NCBI GenBank assembly: GCA_022813965.1
Contig: JALDZS010000132.1
Coordinates: 51,901 to 71,900, forward strand
From: Toensbergia leucococca
Taxonomy: Eukaryota
DNA length: 20,000 bases
Direction: 5' to 3'
Made by a program: the position numbers and the translations under genes. How positions within the stretch are numbered: the stretch's first letter is position 1; every line of letters begins with the position of its first letter. This document shows positions 1 to 8,877 of the stretch, one piece after another. The notes below the pieces were generated by a model, which did no database searches, was not told where the DNA came from, and saw only the letters and a list, made by a program, of their open reading frames with translations.

Positions 1-560
1 CCATGGTGTTCTTGACAGCTTGACAACCAATCTGAAAAGCTGTCGTCGTAAGGCTCGGACTGGATCCGACGAGCACGTCTGAGGGGCACTTCTGTGTCAA
101 GGTCATCCCCGTACTCGCCCTCTTCCTGCACAAAGCTGATATGACAGTCAGGGATAGCAAGGTTCACAGAGAAGCCTAATCTTGAATGCCAATAAAGTTG
201 GACTTCCTCTGACGGGTCGATTCCAAAGGGCGGTTCATAGGTTTGTGGATATATTAGTCGCCTTATATTAGTAATGGCAGCGATGGTGATTCGACACAAG
301 GGACAGCTGGTGCGGACACAGACATCCTTGAATGAGCCCAGTCGACTTAGCTTCTCGGGCCTCAACTCTACTTTCAGACATTGGCGGCAGAGTTGGCTGT
401 CAGCTCGCCTTGCGGCTTCTTGTTGCCTTCTGATATCATCTTCGTTGACTTGGCCATCATCAGCGCAGTCTGAAGAAGCAGCACTGAATGCAACTTCTCT
501 TGCGAAGACGATTGAAAGCAGAAAGCAAGTACAGCTTAGAAGCAGGAGTGTTGAGGCCAT
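1..560 (-). CDS. 5' part of a probable HET-domain (heterokaryon incompatibility, PF06985-type) protein; continues beyond the left edge; start codon uncertain
   Basis: Stop-free minus-strand frame from ATG at 560 to position 1, absent from the ORF track because its stop lies outside the window: ...SQLCRQCLKVELRPEKLSRLGSFKDVCVRTSCPLCRITIAAI...RRARRIQSEPYDDSFSDWLSSCQEHHG. The CxxC ... CPLC ... WLxxCxxxH pattern is typical of the N-terminal region preceding HET domains in Pezizomycotina. The HET domain itself is not visible here. Confidence 0.62.
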   Translation of the reverse strand, partial: MASTLLLLSCTCFLLSIVFAREVAFSAASSDCADDGQVNEDDIRRQQEAARRADSQLCRQCLKVELRPEKLSRLGSFKDVCVRTSCPLCRITIAAITNIRRLIYPQTYEPPFGIDPSEEVQLYWHSRLGFSVNLAIPDCHISFVQEEGEYGDDLDTEVPLRRARRIQSEPYDDSFSDWLSSCQEHH

Positions 561-970
561 CTCCCATCAAGCTGATTACCCTTTCCTCCTCTTCTTCGTC
601 ATCAAGAACAAAGTCATGAAAGGTATTGTTCATGGTAAATTCAGTAGCGTTGAGCCAAACTTGCGGATGTGCAGAATATTTCTTCTGAATAGGATTATAA
701 ATGAACACAGCTGGATATCTAGTCGGATAGTTCAAATGGAGATTAGGAATTAGACCTCGATTACAGGGCTGCCGTCGGAGGGGTACCTGCCTCCTGCCTA
801 TCTCAATACTACTCTCCTACTGTATCTGGTCATAGGATAACAATTGCAGTCTGATAAGATAGCTAACAGTCCGTGATATTTCTCTTTTTGCAAATGCCAG
901 TACATACGCACAATGCACAATCCTCGAATTTGATTTTCATCTCGCACTGTTCCCTTATCCTCCCCCCCAA

Positions 971-2589
971 ATGGACTCGTATGATCTCCTGGTCATCAAC
1001 GGGCTTGTTATCACTGCTGCAGATATCGGACATTATGATATCGCTGTCAAAAATGAGAAGATTGCTCTCCTAGCTCCAAGGGGCTCCTTGTCGGAACTCA
1101 ATGTAAAGCGAGTAATCGACGCAAAAGGTGGATACGTGATGGTAAATTAAGACTTTTTTCGAAGGCTTCAGAACGAAGGGCCAGGCCATTATCAATGCTA
1201 CGGATAATGCTGACCACGATACCATAGCCAGGTGGAGTTGACTGCCATGTCCACCTCGAGGAACCACCCTTGTTTGGTAAAGGCCGGAGCGCAGACACCT
1301 ACGAGACCGGTAAAGGCCTTCCTCGATTCCTGGGCCTGGATAGCTAAAGCGAGGTATCAGGCACCAAATCAGCCATTTGTGGCGGGACTACCACGATCGT
1401 TACCTTTGCACCCCAGAGCAAAATTGACCCTTCCTTACTCGAAGTCCTGAAGTCTACTCATGAAAAGGCGCATGAAAACTGCTACTGTGACTACTCGTTC
1501 CACTTGCTAATCTCCAATCCAACCAAGCAAGTCTTGTCGGAGTTCCCCGCTCTTCGCTCCGAAGGCATCTCTTCTCTCAAAATCTACATGACTTACGAGT
1601 CTCTTCAATTACGTGATAATGAGATTCTGGACGTTCTTCTTGAGGCACGCACACAGGATATTACCACCATGATACATGCCGAGAATGGTGATATGCTAGC
1701 CTGGATGTCCGATCAATTAGAACAACGCAAGCTGTTTGCGCCCAAATATCATGCTACCTCACGCCCACAGCTTGTTGAAACTGAGGCTACCAACCGGGCA
1801 ATAGTCTTGGGTGAGCTAGTTGATGCACCAATTTTGATTGTGCATGTTTCGTCGCCTTCAGCTGCTCGCCATATACGAGATGCACAGACTCGCGGTCTCC
1901 CTGTCTATGCAGAGACTTGCCCGCAATATCTTTTCTTGACCAGAGAAGACCTCGATAAACCCGGCTTCGAAGGCGCCAAGTGCGTTTGCTCTCCTCCTCC
2001 ACGAGAAGGCAAAGAAGACCACGAGGCAATTTGGACTGGCCTGCAGAACGGGACTTTTACTGTACTTTCATCAGACCATTGTCCCTTCATATATGATGAT
2101 ACCGAGTCCGGTAAGAAGAGTGTCCTTAGCAATGAATTTCCGGTGGGTCAATTCAGATACATCCCGAATGGCTGTCCTGGGGTTGAGACTCGACTCCCCT
2201 TGATCCTGACAGCAGGACGTCTATCATTGCAGAAATTTGTCGAAGTGACATCCACGAATCCGGCTCGTCTTTACGGCTTGTATCCTCTGAAAGGCGCGCT
2301 GCTTCCTGGATTATCGGACGCAGATCTGACTATCTGGTACCCAGCCTCAACATTGCAGCCTTTTACGCTCACGAATTCTAGCCTGCACCATAATGTTGAT
2401 TATACCCCGTACGAGGGTAGAACACTTTCGCAGTGGCCGAGATACACTGTTGTGAGAGGAGAAGTGGTTTGGGATCGCGATAACGGAGGCGTCACCGGGA
2501 AGAAGGGGTTTGGGCAGTTTTTGAGAAGGGGTGCAAGCACTCTCGCTGGGAGTCGTTCGGAGGGCCAATGGAATGTTGAAATATTCTAG
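971..2589 (+). CDS. Dihydropyrimidinase / D-hydantoinase (cyclic amidohydrolase), 3 exons: 971-1141, 1228-1309, 1361-2589; 493 aa
   Basis: Spliced protein MDSYDLLVINGLVITAAD...IDAKGGYVM/PGGVDCHVHL...YETG/TKSAICGGTTT... Metal-binding HxH (DCHVH), carbamylated-Lys motif SLKIYMTY, IHAENGD, VHVS, ETCPQYL, SSDHCPF and IPNGCPGVETRL are all present. Introns 1142-1227 and 1310-1360 are GT..AG and preserve the frame. Confidence 0.93.
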
Positions 2590-2838
2590 GCAATGTTCTA
2601 TAATATAAACCCACACTCTATTTTTGAATACTTCGTAACGTCGCTTGAGCTTGGCCGGTGTAATGAAGTTTACCCCTTTTATCTTGTCGTTTTCCCTTGC
2701 TTCAAATGAAAGAAGTTCATACTACAACGTTCAAGCAAAAGCTTATTCCACTACCCAGAGGAGGTTCGCGAAAATGATGCTACTAAATCCCCACCTCCCC
2801 ACCCACGGATTACCAACTACGTCACCACCCCCACCAAA

Positions 2839-2875
2839 CCCTACCCTAAAACCCTAATCACACCCTAATCCTTAA
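2839..2875 (+). repeat. Cluster of telomere-like CCCTAA hexamers within C-rich low-complexity DNA
   Basis: CCCTAA at 2844, 2852 and 2863, plus CCCTA at 2839 and CCTTAA at 2870. The copies are dispersed, not a perfect tandem array. Confidence 0.55.
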
Positions 2876-3040
2876 AACAAACCAAACCAACCATCAATCA
2901 AGCAATCATTCAAAGTAGCCAAAAAAAAACCTACTAAAAAAGGCTCCACACCCTTACCCCTCCAACCTTAACCCCCAACCCCAAAACACCAAAAAACCAA
3001 AAGAAAATCCCCCAAGATCCATCTCCCCCTCCCCCAAACA

Positions 3041-3695
3041 ATGGCAGCCAAACCCTCCCCAGACGCCACCTCCCTGCCCCCAGAAGCCATCGCCTTCGCA
3101 ACAAGAATGTACGACGCCGCCCGCAGCGGCCAAATCGCCATCTTCGAGCAAGCGCTCCCGGCCGGCCTGCCCGCAAACATGACCAACAACAAAGGCGACA
3201 GTCTCGTAAGCCCACTGCCCTCCCCCAAAATCTCCCCCCTTCCTCTCACATCGTCCCCCATCCCTTTCCCCCTCTCCCCCCAAACACGTCCAAACCAAAC
3301 AAATTCTCCGCCCTCACTAAACACCCCCAAAAATCCAGATAATGCTAGCCGCCTACCACGGCCACGCGTCCCTAGTGCGCCTCCTCCTCTCCCACGGCGC
3401 GGACCCCAACTCCGTCAACGACAGAGGCCAGTCCCCACTCGCGGGCGCCGTGTTCAAGGACGAGAACGAGGTCGTCGAGGCCCTGCTGGAGGGAGGCGCG
3501 GATCCGGAGTGGGGGTCTCCCAGCGCGGTGGAGGCGGTAGGGATTTTTGGGAAGGAGGGGGTTTGGGGGGAGAGATTTATGGGGGCCAAGGGGAGGGGAA
3601 GTGGGGGTGCTGGGGGTGCTGGGGATGCTGGGGGAGGGGTTGGAGGGAGTGGGCAAGGGGTTGGGGGAAGTGGGGCGAGTGTTGGGGTTAGGTAG
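3041..3695 (+). CDS. Small ankyrin-repeat protein, 2 exons: 3041-3205, 3339-3695; 173 aa
   Basis: Spliced: MAAKPSPDATSLPPEAIAFATRMYDAARSG...ANMTNNKGDSL/IMLAAYHGHASLVRLLLSHGADPNSVNDRGQSPLAGAVFKDENEVVEALLEGGADP... Two clear ankyrin repeats, then a Gly-rich tail. Intron 3206-3338 (GTAAGC...CAG) joins the two ORF-track fragments in frame. Confidence 0.9.
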
Positions 3696-4159
3696 GGTGT
3701 GTGGGGGCGGTGAGGGAGGGTGATGGTGGGTGGAGGAGGGAGTGTGGGTGAGGTGGTTCTTTTCTTTTGGTTGGAGATGCATTGGGCTGTTGTTTTTTGG
3801 GGTCGGTAGTGTGTATTCTGATTGGTTTATTCTCAGAGTTGTGACGATTTGGTGCCCAGTGAATTTTTGCAGGGCAGTGTCTTCTGGGTGGGGAAAGGAG
3901 GTTCAATTGGTGACCTGCAAGAAAGCTTTCAAAATAGCCTGAACTTGGGTATGATGGGGGATGGGGAGGATTACTGTGGGCGGATAGACTTGCTGTAATT
4001 CGAAATGAATTCTATAGAGCAATGATCTGTATTTGAATACTAAGTAAGAACGAAGTGGTTAATGCTGAATCTGAGTCAGAGCTCGGCCAAGATTCTTTTT
4101 ACTTATCCAGCCTCGAAATTGGAATACCCGATACACACCGTCTGAGAACGAACCAGAAT

Positions 4160-5149
4160 TTAGATCATAAGTAATTGGTTTAGATCTGTCTGAGTTCCAA
4201 CGGACAGCTGAGGAACCTGTCGATATCTATCCTTGAGCAACCCTCTTGTATTCTGAAGGACCTAGGTAGTAGAGAATTAGTGACCTGCTCGCGAGTGCAA
4301 CGAAGCTCGACATACCTCAATATAGCTCTGATTCGGATTCACCCGCATGTTTTGCAAGAACGCCCAGGACATGGCTCCAACATGACTGCCACTAATAGTC
4401 GCATCCGCACTCGTTTGATCATCCTTGCATCCCGAATACATAAAAACCCGTTTATTTTCCGATTTCCAGTCCTCGACGAAATGCTCTTCTCCCAAGCCTT
4501 CCTGTTGCGCCTCGCCCCGATGTTTTAAGCCCTGGAAAAATGTCTGTGCACCAGCAAACAGCACTTTTGCGTCGTTGACCTTATTCATGGAAAAGCCGCC
4601 TTGGACCAGGTGATTGGCTGCTTCCATCAGATGGAGACCTTGCTTGACATTATCAACTAGGCTGACATTGCCGTCGTCATCGGTGCGGTAGACGAAGGGG
4701 AGTTCGATGGCGGAGCCGCTGTGACAGCAGTCGAAGACGACGAAAAGGGAGCTGTTTGGCGGAAGCCTCGAAACCAAACGTTTGTGCAAGGTATCACTAT
4801 CCAGCTGGCCATTTTGCTCAAAGTCTACAGGGACAATAGTAGAGTCGAAGCCAGATGCCCTGTCGCCATCCGGATCTCGTACTTGACCGCCATGGCCGGA
4901 AAAATGAAGGAAATTGCAGGTGCCGGGCTCGCTGATGAGCCAGTCCATGGCTGCTAGCATGTTATGGCCGTTTGGGTAGAAAGGGCCGGAGCGAGCGTCG
5001 CTGAGGACGACCATGCTCTGGGGGTCTGTGGGGTATCCCCGCGATACGAGGAATTGTATCATGTTCTGAACATCTTGTTGGCAGCCTTGGAGGGCATGGT
5101 TACTACCCGTGTAGTTGATGCCAATTAAAAGTGATTTGCGGCGAACCAT
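4160..5149 (-). CDS. Metacaspase (peptidase C14B), apparently lacking the N-terminal prodomain; 2 exons: 5149-4316, 4261-4160; 311 aa
   Basis: RRKSLLIGINY, LQGCQQDV, catalytic His in HFSGHGGQ, catalytic Cys in FDCCHSGS, SGCKDDQTSADA and GAMSWAF. Intron 4315-4262 (GTATGT...CTAAT...TAG) adds the conserved C-terminus VLQNTRGLLKDRYRQVPQLSVG...LMI*. Confidence 0.93.
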
Positions 5150-5753
5150 ATTGATGAATGGTGAACTTGACCATTGTGTACTCTGTTTGAATTTACTTTA
5201 CTACTCCATAATGCGGACCCCTGCCCCGCAGCCCGCACTGTCCACGGATAAGCGAGCGCTTCTGTTAGCCCGAGATTGAAATGAGGCTTCATTAAGGTAT
5301 TAGCTTTCATCGACCAAGCTTTCATGTATCTCGAATGGTTGCCCCATCCCAATCCTAAAGCTTTCATGCATCCTACACTAGGCATCAGCTACTCTAGTCT
5401 ATCTCTAAATCTGACATGTGAGCGTCTGATGCGGCAGAGTCATACATCGGATCAATTTACCCAAAGCTTCACCGGTTACCCCATTGCAGCCCAAACCAGC
5501 CCGGGAGAGGCCAGCCTTACTTGCAGCTTTTGTGGGACAGTTTGAACAGGGTAGGGTACCGGCTTGATTGATGATACTACATATGGAGGATGCTTGCACC
5601 GTTTATGCATTGCATCCTTCACTCTTACTCTATTTTCAAAAGAAGGATTGGTTGCAGTGCTTGAGAAAATACATCTGAACGGAATCAAAACAACACCTTC
5701 TTAGCTTCCAAACAGCACCATTTCTCCCTTTCTACATCCTCCTCCCCACCATC

Positions 5754-6214
5754 ATGGGCAACACTGACTCTAAACCCACATCGGTCTCGTCTTCATCTTC
5801 TGCAAATGCAAGCAGCACTGGATGGCACAAGACGCCGCCTCATGCGGTACTCAGGGCTGTGGGTATAACAAATGGTACCACTGCCAAGACTCACGGTGAC
5901 ACAGGCCGAGGCAGAACAGGAACATGAGAAAGCGCGCCTAGGAAAGTTGCCTTTGAAGGCCACCACCATTTGGATGTGCTGTGCTTGCCGAGGGGGGACT
6001 TAGATGATATGCAATGGTGTGGGAAGTGTACTCGCAGGCATGCCGGATGGGAATTGGATCAAGTATCAGACTAGGGCAGAGGCCAAGGTTTATTTTTGAG
6101 GCTTGTAGGAATCGTGCTAGATTGAGGATGTTGGATTGGAGTTGGCGCTGTTGGCAATTATGGTATCCAGAAGGCCGGGACCTTGGTGGAGATGGTGTTG
6201 GAAGTCGGGAGTGA
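5754..6214 (+). pseudogene. Decayed gene for an N-myristoylation-motif, Cys-rich (zinc-ribbon repeat) small protein
   Basis: A CT-rich leader and CACCATC-ATG at 5754 give MGNTDSK (G2/S6/K7). Cys modules follow in successive frames: FCKC...CGTQGCGYNKWYHC, WMCCAC (5971-5988), WCGKC (6015-6029) and WSWRCWQ. Four single-base insertions join them into one frame. Confidence 0.5.
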
Positions 6215-6681
6215 GTTGTTGAATAGAGCGCAAGTATCCCAGCGTGTACATTGTTGTTGTCTTCTCTCCCTCTTCTTGTGGCGCGATATAGCAAGCCCCC
6301 TAACGCTCCATATGTGGAGCTTGGCTGTCAGTCAACAAATATCATTAATCCAAATAGAGTGAGATATTCGAGCCTACTCTCTTTCTCAAGTGGTTGTATT
6401 TGGCGACGAATATGATGGTGCAATCATGAAACTTTCAGCTGTCGAGACAAAAGCTGGGCCTGAAAGAAACCGTTGAAATATGCTGATTGGTCTACTTTTC
6501 TAGGTCATCAAAAATTCCTTGAGAAATTGGTTTATTTAGCCCAGAGATGACCCCTGAACCAGTATACATGCAGCTGTGAGCGTTCTCCAAGGTGTACTCT
6601 TTGGCCAAACAGTCGCCAAACAATTCCAAAGTTCCAGCCCGCCATCGAGGCAACCCGCAGCACGGTAGGAAATCGACACAT

Positions 6682-7405
6682 TCAATAGAAACGGCTTCCA
6701 CTCGGCAACTCCGGCAATTCTCTCAACATCCTGTTCACAAACACAACATCCCAAACGTGAACTCCATCACCGTGCAAACCCTGCACGTCTCCGTTCGTAC
6801 AGGTGCTTTCGTACCACTCGATTTTTTCTTCCTCCCCCTCCGACGGCCTCTCTGCTTTGTAAGCTTCCTTGATCTCTTCCCATCCGAAAGAACCCGCGGC
6901 ATCTTCGGCGATAGGATGACCTTTCCCCTCGGTACATCTGATACAAGCTCGGAACGGCTCTTTCCCGATAACCTCTATGGCATGCTCCCAGCCGTCGCCG
7001 AAATCGTACTCGTAGATTACTAGCTTGTTATTTCATTTATCATCTTCGAATATATCTTTGAGCAGTGTGATTTCGCTAGTGCGACGTTTCTATTACATCA
7101 TCCCAGTCATCCATGCCTTCGCCTGGGTTGGTGGTCAGAGTGAGAAGACGGTCTGCAAAAGCTCCCAGGGGATCGTTCGAATCTGTGATATAGAACTGGT
7201 GAAGGTGGCAGTTTGCCCATCCGAAGGCGATCTGTATAGCTAGATGTAAAGTATCAAAGGTGGTACTTCTAGGGCAGCTGAGTGTGCGCATTATAGGAGG
7301 ATTGAGAATGCGTCCAGGACCAAGGGAGATCTTGAGTAGGTATTTCCAATCAGTAATAGCAGTGGTCGAAGGGCGATCAGCTGGTGCTGTACATGAAGGT
7401 ATCAT
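6682..7405 (-). pseudogene. pRiA4b ORF3-like (PF07929 / MM3350-like) gene with a frameshift and premature stop, or alternatively a 73-nt intron
   Basis: The 5' frame has RTLSCPRSTTFDTLHLAIQIAFGWANCHLHQF. After a frame change near 7080 a second frame reads TSEITLLKDIFEDDK*NNKLVIYEYDFGDGWEHAIEVIG...GKGHPIAEDAAGSFGWEEIK...RFY* (internal TGA 7035-7033, terminal stop 6684-6682). LHxAIQxAFGWxxxHLHxF and YEYDFGDGWEH are family hallmarks. Start codon uncertain. Confidence 0.8.
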
Positions 7406-8417
7406 GGGCGGACATAGGATGTGATTCGTGGAAATGTAAAAAGGAGAAGCTGTTGAGGATATAAAAGGATTGACAGAACTTCTCGGACACGATACTCTAC
7501 TTTTCGCCTTGATCTTATGTTTCAAAACTTAGCTGAACTAGTTGCAAGATAAGAACGATAAGGAATCCCTCAATGGCGACGACGTCCATGGATGAGGGAC
7601 GACATTCGCGTATCAGGTCTCTCATTGGTGGTCGACATTATCCTTGAGATGAATTTAAGATGACTCTTAATGGAGTCGCCTTCCGTGCATTATACAGGCT
7701 GAAGTATCATATATAGAATATATGAATAGGGCATGCAAACTAGAAAAGAGGCACAGTAACAGTCTCTACCCAAAATTTCCAGCAGTAGAAGTGTAGATAT
7801 CACGGCGTTATGAAGATTTTCATCTGGAAGCAGTGCTAAAATCAGCACCGAAGATTTGAAGACTTCACTGACACTCTTGTCATGAGCTCACTTGCTCCTT
7901 AGCATGCAGATAATAAATCAGAAGACGAGATTAAATCATTTTCCAATTCAGATGAAAAGCGTTCATGAAAAAGACGGCCTGTAAGAATGCAGCCATGACA
8001 GCTAGACAATGAAACACATCTTTCAGGAATTCTTCATGTTCAAAAGGTTGAATGTGCAAGTACATGCCCTGGCACGTAGAAAGGAGTACTTTCCTACCTA
8101 CATTTGAGTGTGTTGCGCCTTGTCTCAAGAGATGCTCTGTCCAGGAGTTTTCTTGCAGAACCCCATAGAGTAGTTGAGGTTGAATTAGGCGAGGCAAGGT
8201 GATTGCGGGGAGAGGGCAAAAGTTCAATGCCAACTGAAAGGGGGGTTTAGAATGTCACAGATATGCTTTATACGTATAGTGATTTACTGCTATCGTGTCA
8301 CCTAATTGACCGAGTCATCTAAGACACAATTCCTTCGTCACCTTGGCTCTCAAGCTGCTCCCTCAACCTCATCCGCTCTCCTTAGCCTTGCGATCTCTTC
8401 GGCTTCTTTCTTTTAGC

Positions 8418-8877
8418 TTAATGCGCTTGGCAGCTTCCCGAAATCTGTTCCTGCGGTGGCCCAACAGAGGCGCTTGCGTGACCGAAGAGGAAGACCTCGC
8501 TGCCATTCGCACCAGTGAAGAAGCAGGTTGCACCACCTGAAAGAGTGATGGAGCTGACGCTCAATGTGTTATCTGTAATCAAGGTCAGGATGACTCCCTT
8601 GGTCTTTGTCGGACGAGTGAGCTGGGGATTCGATAGGATGAAAGATGCATTGTGGCAGACGCTAGATTCCTGACGAGAACAGAAGAGACGTACTGATATG
8701 ATGCGGTACATTGTCAGCCGGAAAGTTGATTTCGTAGTAGGCACCAGCAGCCCCATAGAAGTAAACTCCAGGTGCGAAGCCGGTGTTTTGGCGGATTTCA
8801 TTTCTGGCAGGCATGGGATTGGCGTGCACGAGAGAGACGAGGGGGAGCAGAATAGTAGAGAGGATAGCGAGCTTCAT
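8418..8877 (-). CDS. Small secreted protein with 2 Cys (effector-like), 2 exons: 8877-8694, 8572-8418; 112 aa
   Basis: Signal peptide MKLAILSTILLPLVSLVHA/NP. Intron 8693-8573 (GTACGT...CTGAC...TACAG) joins ...GVYFYGAAGAYYEINFPADNVPHHI to NNTLSVSSITLSGGATCFFTGANGSEVFLFGHASASVGPPQEQISGSCQAH* in frame. Confidence 0.85.

Larger units (their letters stand above)
2780..3970. other. Strand-asymmetric compositional island: C/A-rich left arm, G/T-rich right arm, switch at about 3480-3500
   Basis: By hand count there are 4 G in 2941-3040 (100 nt) and 6 C in 3601-3720 (120 nt). Many C4-C6 runs lie on the left and G4-G6 runs on the right. Confidence 0.9.

Noticed and set aside
274..753. 159-aa plus-strand ORF and the 91-aa minus ORF at 460-735
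   Set aside because: No recognisable motifs. The plus ORF is antisense to the better-supported HET-type frame, and the minus ORF is in a different frame from it.
971..2589. Recent horizontal transfer of a bacterial-like hydantoinase
   Set aside because: The gene has two spliceosomal introns and ordinary composition, and this enzyme family is common in filamentous ascomycetes. Nothing in the sequence supports a recent transfer.
2839..2875. A real telomere or chromosome fusion point
   Set aside because: Only three non-tandem hexamers, lying between intact genes.
3041..3691. 216-aa Pro/Arg/Gly-rich ORF as a single-exon gene
   Set aside because: It reads through the 3206-3338 intron into the wrong frame. 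The spliced model restores the ankyrin repeats, and long overlapping ORFs here reflect stop-poor skewed composition.
2995..3772. True inverted repeat or MITE flanking the ankyrin gene (AACCAAAAGAAAA 2995-3007 vs TTTTCTTTTGGTT 3760-3772)
   Set aside because: A low-complexity 13-bp match. Other short arm-to-arm matches imply different symmetry centres, so it is explained by composition rather than a duplicated terminus.
5938..6294. 118-aa minus-strand ORF
   Set aside because: Non-ATG start, no motifs, and antisense to the Cys-module relic.
7931..8233. 100-aa minus-strand ORF
   Set aside because: Non-ATG start, with no recognisable domain or splice partner.
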